Below, in pieces: positions 1-13,495 of a stretch of 64,000 bases of DNA. Source of the DNA: Marsupella aquatica. Lineage: Eukaryota > Plantae > Marchantiophyta. The translations under genes and the position numbers were made by a program. Numbering within the stretch: the first letter of the stretch is position 1; the number at the start of each line of letters is the position of its first letter. The DNA lies in assembly GCA_973895155.1 (NCBI GenBank), contig OZ316895.1, positions 9,040,184 to 9,104,183 on the forward strand, read 5' to 3'. The notes under the pieces were generated by a model, which had not been told where the DNA came from, searched no databases, and worked only from the letters and a program-made list of their open reading frames with translations.

Positions 1-728
1 GATTGTACTTCCCCTCGTCTCTCGTGAATCACTCAGTCGTAGAGAATTCCCTTCGTCTCTCCGAGGTGAGTGAATCACTCAGTCGCGCGAAATCGTGTCT
101 CCGGATCTCGCCTCTGACTGCTAGTTGCCACGCACTCCGCAGCCGCAGACAAACAGGTAATGGATTCGCGTACTGCAGTGTTTGATCTGGTCTAGTCTTG
201 TAGGCTGGGACTCTGATGTGGCCTCCTCTCTCTGGTCGGATTGCAAGTTGTCAAAATCCCGTTTGCAGAGAAGATCAGGAGCAGTGAGTGGCAGCTGATC
301 TGTGACTACACATTCGCCTGACGCGTCTTCGACCTTTTCGTAGCTCGTGTCGTTCCTGCTTCCTGGGAAATTGGGAATCCTGGGATTGTTTCCCGGATCT
401 CACCACTCTGTCTTCATCCCAAAGCAAAGCGCAAAACGCGGCTACGATTCGGGTTGGCTCAGGTCAGGTTGAAAAGATTTGATGCAGAGGAGGGAAATGA
501 AGAGATCAGAGTCGCGAAGAGTTCAATAATTGAACGACCTCAGATCATGAGACGTGAGAAAGCACAATTGTGACCGATGGGTTTGTATTTGAGAGGCCAG
601 AGAGCTCAGGCCAATTGTTTCTTGTGGACCCCCATTCATGCAAAAACTCATTTATTGTTGCCCGATTGGGTCCAGTCATTCAATGATGAGGGTGTCTTGG
701 GCTGAATCATGAGCCTATCTTCCGCTGA

Positions 729-1046
729 ATGACAAGCGGATTGCCCACTTCCTAATGCATGCAGAAGGTGAAGACATGCAGAAGGTGAAGACATGAGGTG
801 TGAAAGGCTTGCATCCAGAAGGTGAAGACATGAGGTGTAAAAGCCTTGGATACGAAAGGTGAAGACATGAGGTGTAGACGTGTAATTAACAAAGTAGTAA
901 CTGGACCTTACTCAGCATCCAAAGCGCGGTGTTGAGGATATTGTGTGCTCAATGACAAGCCTACCGCGTGCTGAATGACAAGTGTGTCACGCACTTCCTA
1001 TCGCATACAGAAGGTGACGACATGAGGTGTAAAATACATGAGGTGT
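729..1046. repeat. Degenerate tandem repeat (core GAAGGTGAAGACATGAGGTGT)
   Basis: Core seen at ~764, 781, 818, 856 and 1010. The flank CTGAATGACAAG...CACTTCCTA is also duplicated (~725 and ~971). Confidence 0.75.
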
Positions 1047-1276
1047 AGCATAGTAGCAACTCAACCTTACTCTGCATCTCAAGCAACAATCACATAGAAG
1101 TGTCAGGCCCTCAATGCCAGCACCCCTCTCTCTCTCATGAACTTCTTTACTAAACTGAGGCTCTCAAAAATACAATGACACTCCATACATGTTCTTAAAT
1201 GGACGAGAAACCACATATGGTTCCTCAACCAAGCTGCCAATCTGTCTTTGTTAATAAGAGCAGGTGAATTCATTTG

Positions 1277-1440
1277 ACTAGTAACAAACTAGTCTTGCTA
1301 GCTCACATATATCTCTAACAAACTAGTCTTGCTAGCTCTCATAAGTCTATGTGACTAGTAGCAAACTTTTCTTGCTAGTTCAGATATAGAAGTTGATCTG
1401 ACTGGTAACAAATTGTTCTTGCTGGTTTGGATATAGAAGT
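1277..1440. repeat. Short degenerate minisatellite (GACTAGTAACAAACTAGTCTTGCTAG), ~4 copies
   Basis: Copies at ~1277, 1315, 1353 and 1400, increasingly diverged. Confidence 0.7.
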
Positions 1441-3816
1441 AACTCCTAAAAAGACAATTTACCTCCTATTCTAGCATGAGTGTATGACTGTTTTCAATGT
1501 TCCAAGTGCTACTTATAGTGCATGGATACACATAAGTGCAGAGTTATATTAATTATCCTACCAAGTGTAGCCCAGCAGTAGTACTTTCATTGCGGGCAAG
1601 GTAAGCTCCTAGTTCAAGCTTTATGAGTCAAGTGACCAGCTTTCACACAAACCCTTGTTCCAAATTGGGTTCGCGAAAGCCCTTTGCACTCCAAGACTTG
1701 ACACTAAGAGAAATGAGAGGTCACTCTCTTATAACAAAAATTGAAATGGACAGGTGGGCAGCATCAAGAGTGGGATCCAAGGGGTTGATATAATACATGA
1801 TTTACTTGGACAGTATACCCTTGATATTTTATGCCTTGTTGGCAGTTACAGGGTGGTGAGCCCGCCATGCCACCCTGTATTACCCTTGGGCTCACCATCC
1901 TCGGGGATTGCTGTCGGGATCACCATCTGTAACCCTCTCGAAGTCATGGGTTATTCTGCACTTGATGCAACTTCCATTTGCCCCCTTACCGCTCTCTACT
2001 CCTGTCCTGGCAAAGGGGCAAAGTAGAGTTGTACATTTGTTGTGTGTCGCCTATGTTTGCCACTGACATTAGGAAGGCTAGCAGGGATCTAATGGAAACA
2101 GGGTCTTAGAGCCATAGTTATGAGAATACAAAAACCATGTTACAAGTGGCTGAACTCCATACACTCACCTTCTTGCTCACCCTCACCCTATAGTACATTA
2201 AGTGTTCTTTAATTGCTCTCTACCCAATATCATATATCAATCCCCCCCCCCCTCCCAACAAGGGACGAAGGGTTTGATTGAGGGCCCTAGCAGAATTATT
2301 GAACTTTTTGTTCCACCCAAAAGTTGACCCTACATATGATGATGGCTTCCTCTAACCAGTATAAAACATGTTGTATGGAAGGTGATTGTGAAGCATAACA
2401 CAACCCGGTCCATGACCAAAAACTGCAGAAATCACCTTTGTTTGTGTATTTTCTATTTCATATAACTAAAGTACCCTACCACAGTTAGGCTGCCATGAGA
2501 TATTACCCATAGCCAGTGAGGCAATGAAACATGAAGTAATGTATATCTGTAAAATCATAAACCATAATATATGCGGTAATGTTGTATTCTTGGTAACATA
2601 AAATGTTGATGTGTATTTTATGTTTGTGATTATGGGGTAGGGAGCATAGGTATTTAAGATAGCTAGAAAAGCAAATACAACACGGTTATCATTTGCTATG
2701 CCCCCGTCTGATGGGGGCATGGGCATTTCCTCAGCGGTGGCCGCTTCCCCTATGCCTTACAGGGCTGTTGGGCGCAAGTGGGCCCTGCCCTGCCTCCCGT
2801 TTCATTGTGGATCTTCAGCCCTCCTCCTTGACCATGTCATGGGGACTGAGGATGATTGGGGTCTTGCCTTTCCAGGTTCAGCTACACCATGCTCGATCAT
2901 TGTTACCCAAGGTTGTGCAGGCTACTATCCAAGTTGCTTTTGTGGAGGTTGTCTTGGACAGCCCGGATCGTGCTCGGCAGATGAGTTCTGACCGCATGCA
3001 CCATCACTCCCTTTCCAACATGCTCTCTGATGCACCTTCGGACTCCATTTGAGCTCGCCTCCTATCTTGTTTTGGTTTGGGTCCTGGTGCCTGGCTATCC
3101 ACTAGTCCTTTGTGAGCCCCCTTCCGCATGAGCTAATTTCTCTTCACCATGTCTTTGCACCTTTGACTGGGTCTTCCTCACCCCTGCCTCCTTGGCCAAC
3201 CCACATGCATCTGTGGGACGACTTTGTTCATATTCTCAGGTGTGGCCACGGGAGCGGCGGACTACGACTATTGATGACATTCAAGATGTGGTGGCGGCCA
3301 TTACCCGATACTCTGGCTACTATGTTGCTATGGAGCTGGAGCAACAACATGTCCTGCCCCTACCCCCTACCGCACCCCACCAACCACCCCCGTCCCCGGG
3401 GATGGCATTCCCGACTTACGACAGGCAGACCTGGTTTTTTCTCAGGCTGGATCGAGTACGTGCCCTTGATGATGGGGTGGTCATTAATCCCACTAGTGTG
3501 AGCAACGTTGCGGTTGCCACCCATGTACTTGGACAAGTTGCAGCCAAGGCTGCTCAGCTCACGGATGAGCCTATTCCATTTGCTACCCGGGGATCTTTTC
3601 TACTCTTTTGCTCTAGAAATTTTTAGTGCTCTCCACTCTTGCTTTGACCAGTTTCTTCAAGCTTGTTCAATTTTTTGTATCCAGCAGAGGCCCTTTCCCC
3701 TTGTTTCTGTTCTCACTGGCTTCTTTCAACCGAGGTTGTCGATGGCACTTCAGAGGGCTCAGACTTTCTTCATCAAGCCAAGGCAGTTGGTCTTAGGGCT
3801 TTTAATTTCCCCTTCG

Positions 3817-4028
3817 TGACCTTCATATATGATTTACAGGAACCTAAGTTTGCTTGGTTGTAGATTTGTTGTTGTGGGGGACGCACTTGTTTGTTGAGCC
3901 TCCCTTTATTGGGTACTCAATGACCTTCATATATGATTTACAGGAACCTTAGTTTGCTTGGTTGTCGATTTGTTGTTGTTGTGGGGAACTCACTTGTTTG
4001 TTGAGCCTCCCCTTATTGGGTACTCAAT
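3817..4028. repeat. ~104-bp tandem duplication
   Basis: TGACCTTCATATATGATTTACAGGAACC...TTATTGGGTACTCAATG occurs at ~3817 and ~3921. Confidence 0.85.
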
Positions 4029-5597
4029 GTTGTGGTCTTTCAGTTTCCCCTCCCTTTATTGGGTCCTCAATCTCGCCTTAGCAATCCTGTCTCCCAGTTA
4101 GGAGTATTTGTCTTTTGGCAAATTTATATATATCATTCATGAGTTTTTGGTGTCACACCTTAATAATTGTTTCTTTTTAAGTTTAACAAGCCTGTTTGCT
4201 GCTGGATACGAGAATGATGCGCGGGTGTAAATGGTGTCATAGTCCATGAGCGTTGAATGGTTGTCAGGGCTCGGTTCATAGGGGTATTATTTACCTTAGG
4301 CAAGAGAACAGATATGTTCAATTTTGCTTGAGCATGATGCGCACCTCAGCACGTGAAGATCGATTCGTTGACGAAAGTTTACTCCCTCTTTTTATGACAT
4401 GATCAAAAGTAATCCCGCTCTTCAAATTCAAAAACCACAGTTGACAGTCCGTTCATTTCTCAGAGTTCAAATTGTTCGTGCTCGAGTTGATTCTAGTTTG
4501 ATGATAGACATCTGGAAACCCCTCCTTTTATGTATTATTGATTTGATGGATTTGGTTCGTTCCAATCGTCAATTGCGTTCAGGTTAATGACATGGATTTT
4601 AAAACGTCTCTTGTCAATTCGTTTACTTAGCAACCAGGGAAATGGTCACTTAGATCTGCAGAATTAATACCCCCAGTCGAACAAATGACTGAGCCTGTTG
4701 GACATCCAAGGACAATTTTCACCAATCGAACGTTTTCTTGACGATGTCATGTATCTTCGATCAAAGTCAGAAAGGGCGATATTCACTACGAAGCCAGTGG
4801 TCATGCAAACGATGCAATTTCCGTTTGCAGCCTGAGAAGGAAAATTTTCAAAATGGTCATTTTACAAGCTTCAGCTAGGTCACTTGTCTTTATGGTACAG
4901 AAATGTCGACTGGAGGAACCAATCTTAGGTTCCGTGGGAAAAGGGCTGTGCAGACACGCTGAACACTCACCATGGAGGCAACAGAGATCCTGACAAACAC
5001 ATCCTGTCAATCAGGTGGCACTAGAAGGGTAGATGCAAACCTGGTTGGAGTTCAGCAGTACTGTCAGCTCATTAAGATTCTGTTCTACAACCTTAACTTA
5101 CAGTATCAAAATTGCCTAAGGTCTAACGAAGGATCGTGATCAGTGGGTGGATGATGGGGTACTGCAATTTTGAGCACAAGGTTTCTGTTGTCCACAAACC
5201 AGCCGCTACTTAAGTTTCTGGGATTTTCTCAAGGTCTTGTCCCTGAATCCATATTATAGATGAGGTTCTTGCATTTGGCACTGCGGATTGAGCTGAGACT
5301 TGAGAACTGCGGCCACACTATTGATTCAGCTGATGATTGGAAGTATTAAGGGTCCAACCCACCCTTCATGTGTCAGAACCCGCCCTACACTCGGCTCCCT
5401 TGGGAATACTGGACCTTGATGGGAAGAAGCTGACACGCAGCAACTTCCTGCTTACCTCCGTAACCCTCACAAGGAGCTCTAACTTGTCTTGATGTGATAT
5501 GATATGATACAGGGAAGTTCTATAGGAATCGATAATATCAGATTAGGAAAGCTAACGGAGTGTTCTCGATATTACCTAAGCGATTGGGCTTCGTCAA

Positions 5598-8500
5598 CTA
5601 TCGGCCACCAGAGAGCTCAACGGCATCCCAGTTAAGAGTAGAATCTTCGACCCATTGGAAAAGGTGTTGAGGCGCAAGGTTTACCTCCTGCTGTCTTACG
5701 AGCTCCATTTTCTGCCACTGCTCCCAACGCTCAGTCAGGCCATCACCTTCCAACATCCGCACTACCTCGGACATTTTTGGGCGATCCGAGGGAGTAACTT
5801 GAGTACACAGAAGGGCCACTTGGATAAGCTCCTCAACTTCACGGGCATTGTACTTCCCTTTTAGATCTCTATCCACCAACTCCTCTAATCTTTTCTCATG
5901 CTGTAATCGTTTGACCTGGTACCAACAAACCAACAGTCACAAATTTTCTCATTAGATCTTAAGAATGTCAAACTCACACAGCCAAAGTCGAGGCAGTACA
6001 GTGCTTCATTTGACGAGGATCTGCTTCTCTTAATTCACAATAGTGATGACCTGAACCACATGTGAGGAACCTCGAACCTCCTGAAACTGCTCCAATTTCT
6101 TGACATAAGAAAATTATGAGACTTTTGGAAAGAGCGAAGGGACTAAACGTAGCAGATCCATACCCAATCTAGAAGCATCAGATCATCGTCGTTCGCAAGG
6201 CGCTGGAAATCATATGCCCTCTGCCCTGTGATGAGCTCCAATAGCATGATTCCATACCCATATAAGTCAGTCTTTTCAGAAGACTTCCCAGTGGATAAGT
6301 ATTCTGGCGCAATGTGGCCCACAGTCCCACGCACTGCCGTAGTCACATGTGTATCTTTGTAGTCCAGGAGTTTGGCAAGCCCAAAGTCTCCAACGACGGC
6401 TTCAAATTCTTCGTCCAGCAGCACATTGGCAGCTTTGACATCACGATGAATAATCTTAGGATCACAGTGGTCATGTAAGTATGACAGACCACGTGCCGCA
6501 CCGAGAGCAATACATTTTCGAGTGGGCCAGTCAAGTATTGGCTGCCCAAAGAAATTATCTGCACCATCACAGCCAAAAAAAAGCATTATTGTAGTCCACA
6601 AGATCATGGCCACCTGGGAACTTTGGGAACGTCCCATGCCAAACATAAAGTTCATTCCATCTTCAAAGCTAGATCATGTATTGTGTAGTCCAACTTCAAT
6701 AACATTCTACGAGGAAAAGTTCAAATTACGATTTAGGAGACTGAGTTCCTTCATGATTCAGTGCGATTAGAGCTGATGGCTTGTCAAAGTAGTAAGCTTG
6801 CACAAGACAGAAGAGGGATTCAAACTAAAACGAGATGAAGGAAAAGGAAAACATGCGCCAAAGGACTTCAACGTATGCCGATGCACCATAGGACTTCACA
6901 GTATGCGGCGTTTCCGCTGATAGTCTCTCCTTGGTGCTTGGTATCATATGAACGCCAGAGACCAAAAGGGGATTGCAAGAACAGAAACTAGGCCGACGGA
7001 AAATGACACAGATATTGATACATGACACTATGAAGGGCACATTTGTCGTTTACTCCCAAACCTTTACAGAAAGCGGCTCTAAAGACAACTCAGATTTGGG
7101 AGGTCCACAAGAGTCTTTGAAGGATCTCTGGCAGTCGAAACAATACGTCTTGCAAAGCTGAAGACAGTGTCAGGTCTACGTGGCTGCAAGGAGATATTGT
7201 CCAATCAGTAACACTTGGATTAGAAGGAAAGAATGGATGAGAATTAGTTACCTCCAGGGTGAGATGCCCGTAGTCGAGAAGCGACACTGCCATTGGGCAT
7301 GAAGGGATAGACAAGGATACGCTCAGATGGAGTGATGCAGAAACCCTGCAACCTCAGAAGATTGCGGTGTACAGCCATACTTATCATTTCCACCTCTGTC
7401 TGAAACGCATGTTCACCTCCAGGTGTATGCTCCTCTCTCAACCTCTTTACAGCCACAGTTGTTCCATCACCAAGGTAGCCTTTGTACACATTGCCGAATC
7501 CTCCCTGGCCCAATATGTTTTTGTTGCTAAAGTTGTCAGTAGCAATTTGGAGTTCCCTCAATGAGAACTTTTTGAGTTGGCCAAGTGGCACCTCTTGATC
7601 ATCTTCAGCTGCGAGGTCAGAACACGGAATCAGCAGAAAATTTCAGGAGAGGTTACTAGTCTGAATCACCCAAGGCCCTTAAACACAGGCAGAATAGACA
7701 AGGATGCCCCAACCAAGACGTACATCTCCAGATCTCAACTCCAAACAAAACACCCTGCCCGAGGAAAACAAGTCAAAGGTGCTACCTTTGACAAGAGCCC
7801 ACTGCGAACTTATTACCTGCAACGTCGAAGAAGTTGTCTGATATACTGTAGCGATCACGCCTGCACCAGAATAAGGAGATCACTCCGATAATTCCCAGTA
7901 GAACGGCAGCAGTGACAACGCCGAAAATAACTTTCCTTGTCCATTTTGATCCTTCTGTACCTGAGTCAACCCATTTGCGACAATAAATCTCAAATTCCCT
8001 GCTAGAACAATATGCTACAGCTCCGAAGTGGAACTCGCCCTGGGAAGTATATGCTCATCTCGTCAATAAACATTTCATGCACCGGAATCCCCGACCGCGT
8101 TGTATGGTAATTGTCTCGACTAAACGCAGGCAGTGGAGCAGTACCTGCAGGTGTGCTGAGGGGAGGATCTCCGGGACAAGGATGACCAGTAATGGCGCCG
8201 CAAAGAAAGGGATTGCCATCTCCACTGCAAGGAAATCAAAACCCCAAGTATGAACAATAAGCCATTACCGTAAAACTGATCATTCCTCATTGTGGTCTGG
8301 GTTGGTTGTGGCATCAGGTTAGGCAACCGGAAGCCAAGCAATTGTTCTCTTTACCTCAAAACTTTTAATAGCATGGCTGGATAATGATCATCAATCGGAA
8401 ATCAGGAGCAATCAGGTTCAGAAAATGAGAACAGGGGAGATTATTCGCAGTACCTGAATTGAGGGGCAGCTATGCCCTGTGGCACACGTCCACTAAAATT

Positions 8501-11500
8501 GTTATTTGACAAATCTCTGCAGTGATAGACGAAGCGCTATGAAATTAAGATGCGAAACGACTCGTTGACCACTCTCATCTCCTGCGACTATCAAATCAAG
8601 CCATTCAAGCGGTAGCAATGTCACTTTACTAGAAGGAGCGCAAGCTCACCTCTTTCAAACCATGTCATTCTGTAACCTGGCTGTGCCATCTCTGAGAAGA
8701 AATCTCACTGCCTAAATCAACCTATTCTACTCTTAAGAGGATTGCTTAAGACTTATGACAAATGAGGCCCAATAGCAGGCAGTAATTACACATTGGAAAG
8801 TGTAGCACTTTAAAGAATCCCAACAAAGCAGTGGTGATCATGACGAGTGCGCCAAGACTGATTGCAGGCATGCGAGAACCGAATACGAAATCGAGGAAAT
8901 TGCAACATCCGAGAATGTTCATCATTAGCATCAAAAGAGAGCGGGTACTCACAGAGACTGTAACCCAGTGATGTTAGCTAGAGAATCTGGAATCGGTCCA
9001 GAAAGATTGTTGAACGAGAGTCTCCTGTGCAAAAGCAGTAATCGACACTCCGGATTTACCATCACGCAGTATATGAAGAGCACCACGGGAGCTAAGATGG
9101 ATTTCTACAATTCTTATAATGATCAGAAGAAAGCTTCGAGTACATTAAGAAATATGTAAGATTACAACCAATAATCAAAAAGCCTTGGATTGGGCATTTT
9201 ATAGGAGGGACAAAAATCTTACAGGAACTTTAGGTTGGAAAGCCGACCAAAACTGCTTGGTATTCCACCCGTAAAGTGATTCGAATAGAAGTCCAGACTT
9301 TGGAGGTTCGACAAGTTACCCAAGCTATCAGGGATCGGCCCAGTGAGATTATTACTCTGCAGCTTCCTAGAGATAATCAGGATACGACGTGTCAGCCTTC
9401 ATCATCCTGCGTTATAAAAGTTGTGGGTACATCTTTTACGACAATCTACTCAAAAGGTTCACCGTTGATAAAAAAGCGGGCGAAAATGATGCCTCCACAC
9501 TTCCAATGTCCACTAAAGAAGCATTCTTAATTGCTGCTGAGTCAACTAAAACTACCCCATTGCTGATCACACATTCGAAATTGCAGCCCATTTTTTTTTA
9601 AATACTCATCCCCCGGCCCTTTGAATGGGTCACCATTCACTTCTTATTGCACAAGTCACCGAGCTTGGTGCCACGACTGTAACTAACCCGGCAGCTACCG
9701 CACGCACGGTACTAGCGCAAGTTTCGAAGCATTGGAACGAGAGAAGATAACAACCTAGTTTCCTCAAGACAGCTTCCACCGTCAAACACTTCTCACAGCA
9801 TAAAGCTATATACCATGGTATCTACTTCTGTTCTAAGTGCGATCTTCCCTTCCCGATGAGATCAGAGCTCACAATTCCACTGTGGCAATTCACACAACAG
9901 GTATTCTGGAATGGTTGTCAGTCTCACTACTCTAGCAAACGACCTTCGGGCTGTACGAAGACGAAACTCCAAAGGCACTTACAGATCCTGGAGCTTCGGA
10001 AGCAATCCTATGGCCGGATCAAGTGTCCCAGAGAATCCTTGGAAGCCCAAATCGCTGCCATACCAACAACATCCAGAAACTCAAAAACCGCCAATACAAC
10101 GACATAGATGAGGTTACTATAGACCGGACCTCTACATCAGACTTCTATTGTGCTCCATTGACCTCTGCGCCAATAATAAAATCGTCTCTAAGCTGCTAAC
10201 GGCGGCCGAACTACCAAATCTCAAGGTCTTTTGAATTGATGAGTCAACCGCAATATGTACACTAGATTGAACAAAAACAAAGAATGCCAATCATGACCGT
10301 TCAGCCTGTGAAAACAGCACTACTCCCTCCCAGGTTTGATCGGAGCCAATAGGACCACGTTGGAATTCTTGCATTTCGTTATGTTCGACCAAGAACCCTG
10401 GAGCCAGCGGCATTTGCTAGAGAGCAGCGGGAACCGAAGAAGATACGAATCAGGTCGGTCAGCGAGACTCTCGATTACCGTGCCTGCCTGCTTTGAGAAG
10501 TCACCAAACAGGCAACAATGATAAGAGATTAAGAGTACACAACGGCGTGTAATACGTACACTCTGATGACACTGTTGTCCTGGCAGTCCACATACAGCCA
10601 ACTGCACGGATTCACAATTGTATCATCCCAGCTCCGCAACGAATTGTTGGGGTCCACCAAATTTTGCTTCACCCTGTACAAGGCATCACCTGCCGCAAGC
10701 CGGAATGACACGGACGTCAGTCTAGTTGTAGAGCGGGGGAGATCATTACTTGCTATCACATCTTTCGCCGGGAAGCAATGGACCAGACAGGCCAGCCCTT
10801 CAAAAACCGTATACGTCTTGCTCTCTCCTTTGAAGTGAGCAATTCGGTTGTACTACAGCCACCAAATAGCATCAGTCTTGCTTGGCTCGAGGGGCTCGTA
10901 GGGTGTTGCTACGAGCCGATTGCTTGATGTAGGACAGCGTGGAGCCAGGGCACATAACTCATGCCCATTAAGCTCAAATTGTCGTCCGACTTCCAGCTGA
11001 AGAATACTCTCGCTTAGGAGGCTATTAATCAAACATTCAGCTGATTGAGCGTCGAAGAACTTAGTGTGCAATATCCAACATTCACAATGATGAGCCACTT
11101 CAACACAGCACGCAATGAAGAAGACACATTGTTGAAAATCTTATGCCGCTCAACTCACGGGGGATTGCACCTTCAATGTCAGCTTCCGTCTCGTCCCACA
11201 TGACTATATCAGGCAGCTGATCGATGGGTCTCAACGATCATTCCCGGAAACTTGAGTTTGGAAGTCCGAGCAAGAAATGAGAGGAATAAACGCATGAGTC
11301 CGATCCTTCTGAGTCCGATCCTTCTGAGTCTAGGACATACCTCGTTGAAAAGACACCAATTGCAGCGGCAATCGCCCATTTCCAAGCCACTGCTCACGAA
11401 TTATTTCTCCACTAAATCCCACCCCTTCTCTCACCTTTAACAACGATGCGAAACTCACGCGCGAATCGCACTTCTGATATGAGTCCCGAGATGTATGGAA

Positions 11501-12656
11501 ACTTCTTGCAGTGAGTACCAGCACCCTGGGCTGGTGAACAAGAAAGAAAAGCGTATTCATCCGAAAGATGTACTCGGATATGTTCTAAAGATATGCCTCA
11601 CCTCTGAAAAACAGTTTTCATCCACCAGGCAACAGGCTCACAGACACTTTCCCAGCCCGGTCTTCAGACATCAGACGTACACGGCAAACGCGATGCAAAC
11701 GAAGAAACAAAACAGGTTGCTCCACAACTACAGAAATCCAAGCACGACGCATAATGCCGAATCATCCTTTGCAGAACCAACCCGCTTCTCACTCCCATAC
11801 CTCACCTACACACGTCTTCAACGCTCACCCGCTTTCTCTCTGTGACTCATTCTTCCAAATGATGGTCCATCGTTTCTTCTTCCTCTCCGCTCCCTCTTGT
11901 CATCGATCCTGGACAACAGACTTAACATGTCGTCTGTGTCTGTGTCCTCGTCGCTAATGCTCACTCTCTTGCTTACTTAGTTTCAACGTTCCACACTTTG
12001 CTTTTCACCGCCATCATTCAGTACATCCAACTCTGGTGGCTCAATTTCTACATTCCCACATTTCATCTTCCACCTTCATTGCTCAGCTTGAGCACCTCCA
12101 CTAGCTTAGCTTCTTCCACAACATACACCTCACCCCTCAGTTTCATACTGAGCCTTCGCATTACAGATTCTATATATCCCTCCATATCTCAGTCGCACCG
12201 CCACCCTTACCGTCTACATTTCAAACTTCGTCGTTTCGACTTCTTCCCTTCGACATTTATTACACATCACTCTCTCATCGTCAAATCGCCTGCTTACTTA
12301 CCTCGGACATCGCACTCTCCCACCTTCACTCTCATAAATGCCATCGTCCACGTCCACTTCCTCTCGTCACACTTCATTGCATAACTCTCCCCGTTCATCG
12401 TTCACTTGCCTCATCGGTCACTGACTGGATTTTGCTGCAGAACTAATTGAGTAATGGACATTTGGATCGACAGATTGATCGACGCCTTACCTTCCACATT
12501 GGACGCAGTCGAAAACCAGAAGCAGACCGCCAGGTTGAGCAGCAGCAGCAGCATTTCCCCGCGACCACCACCACCACCACCGCAAGCGACAGCAGCAAAG
12601 AAACCCCTCGTTAGCGTCGCGCCAGCTCTTCTCTTTCTCTTCTTCTCCTCGCGCAT
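5598..12656 (-). CDS. LRR receptor-like kinase subfamily II (SERK/BAK1-like co-receptor), 11 exons, 646 aa (612 aa from the second ATG at 12554)
   Basis: Exons read by hand with GT-AG borders and consistent phases: 12656-12491 (signal peptide ...[12 protein letters not shown]), 10689-10560 (N-cap [11 protein letters not shown]), 10054-9983 (72 nt), 9366-9223 (144 nt), 9024-8953 (72 nt), 8516-8454, 8224-8145 (GNPFLCG), 7960-7817 (TM), 7608-7252 ([25 protein letters not shown]), 6558-6164 (395 nt; [25 protein letters not shown]), 5915-5598 (ELSGGR*). Total 1941 nt, open frame. Confidence 0.95.
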
Positions 12657-13111
12657 CAACAAACCTCACCCAAATGTGCTCTATACCAACTCCTTCCTTC
12701 TTACACAAACACCACAGACGGCGGAGGACAGTCAGTCACTCCCACCATCCGCATAGACGCACCGGCACACAAACCCACAAACATACGCTCCACCAAAAAC
12801 TGTCACAACCAGCAGACAGGCAAAAGGCAAGGCAAGCAGATTGCTGGGCCCCCCCTGGCTCGCTCGAACAGCCGATCTCTCGCAAAAGTCCTCTGCGTGG
12901 GCCCGACTCGAGCCATAACTAAATACTTTTCCTTCCTTCTGCATCGCCACCTCTTCCCTGCATTCAACTCTCCTCTTTATGAGTCTTCCACTGTCTGCGT
13001 TCTCTCTGCTAGTCTGCTGGGTTCTTCATCAGACTGCGGCTGCCTGACTAGTGGCTGACTCGCTGCCTGGCTGCTCGCGCTGTCGTAAATGCGTACCCTC
13101 GAGGATGGGGG

Positions 13112-13145
13112 GTAGGAGTAGGAGTAGGAGTAGTAGTAGGTAGTA
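13112..13145. repeat. (GTAGGA)n/(GTA)n microsatellite in the divergent promoter region
   Basis: GGTAGGAGTAGGAGTAGGAGTAGTAGTAGGTAGTA. Confidence 0.7.
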
Positions 13146-13495
13146 CAGCAATAAAGACCACCGTATCCAATTCCGAGCCTGAGAATTACGGCGGCACCGT
13201 ACCCATACTCGTAGCCGGGTGATCAGGTGATGATTATACCTACAGGTTTTTAGTGGTAGGCAAGAGAGTCCACGGTGGACGACGGCGGGGACTGAGTTTA
13301 CTGAGCGCTTGTATCAGGAAAGCACTCCCTTTCTCATGTCGAGAAGACAGTGGAAACAGACAACGAGACAACGAGAAAGAGAAACCCAGAACCTAGAACC
13401 TTGAACACCGTGCGCCTTCGCGAGAGTTAGTCGGTGCTCGTGAGGGTTTGGGCTTTTGGGTGCTTTAGGAAGTCAATTTCGGCCGGGCATGTACA

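Noticed and set aside
1277-1440. Partly palindromic ~26-bp repeats with variable gaps, superficially CRISPR-like
   Set aside because: Repeats are degenerate, gaps are short and related to each other, there are no cas genes, and the context is plant nuclear DNA.
11209-11397. Candidate exon 1 of the RLK ([13 protein letters not shown])
   Set aside because: Wrong phase for exon 2 and no signal peptide. The exon ending at 12491 fits (SNVEG|gtaagg).
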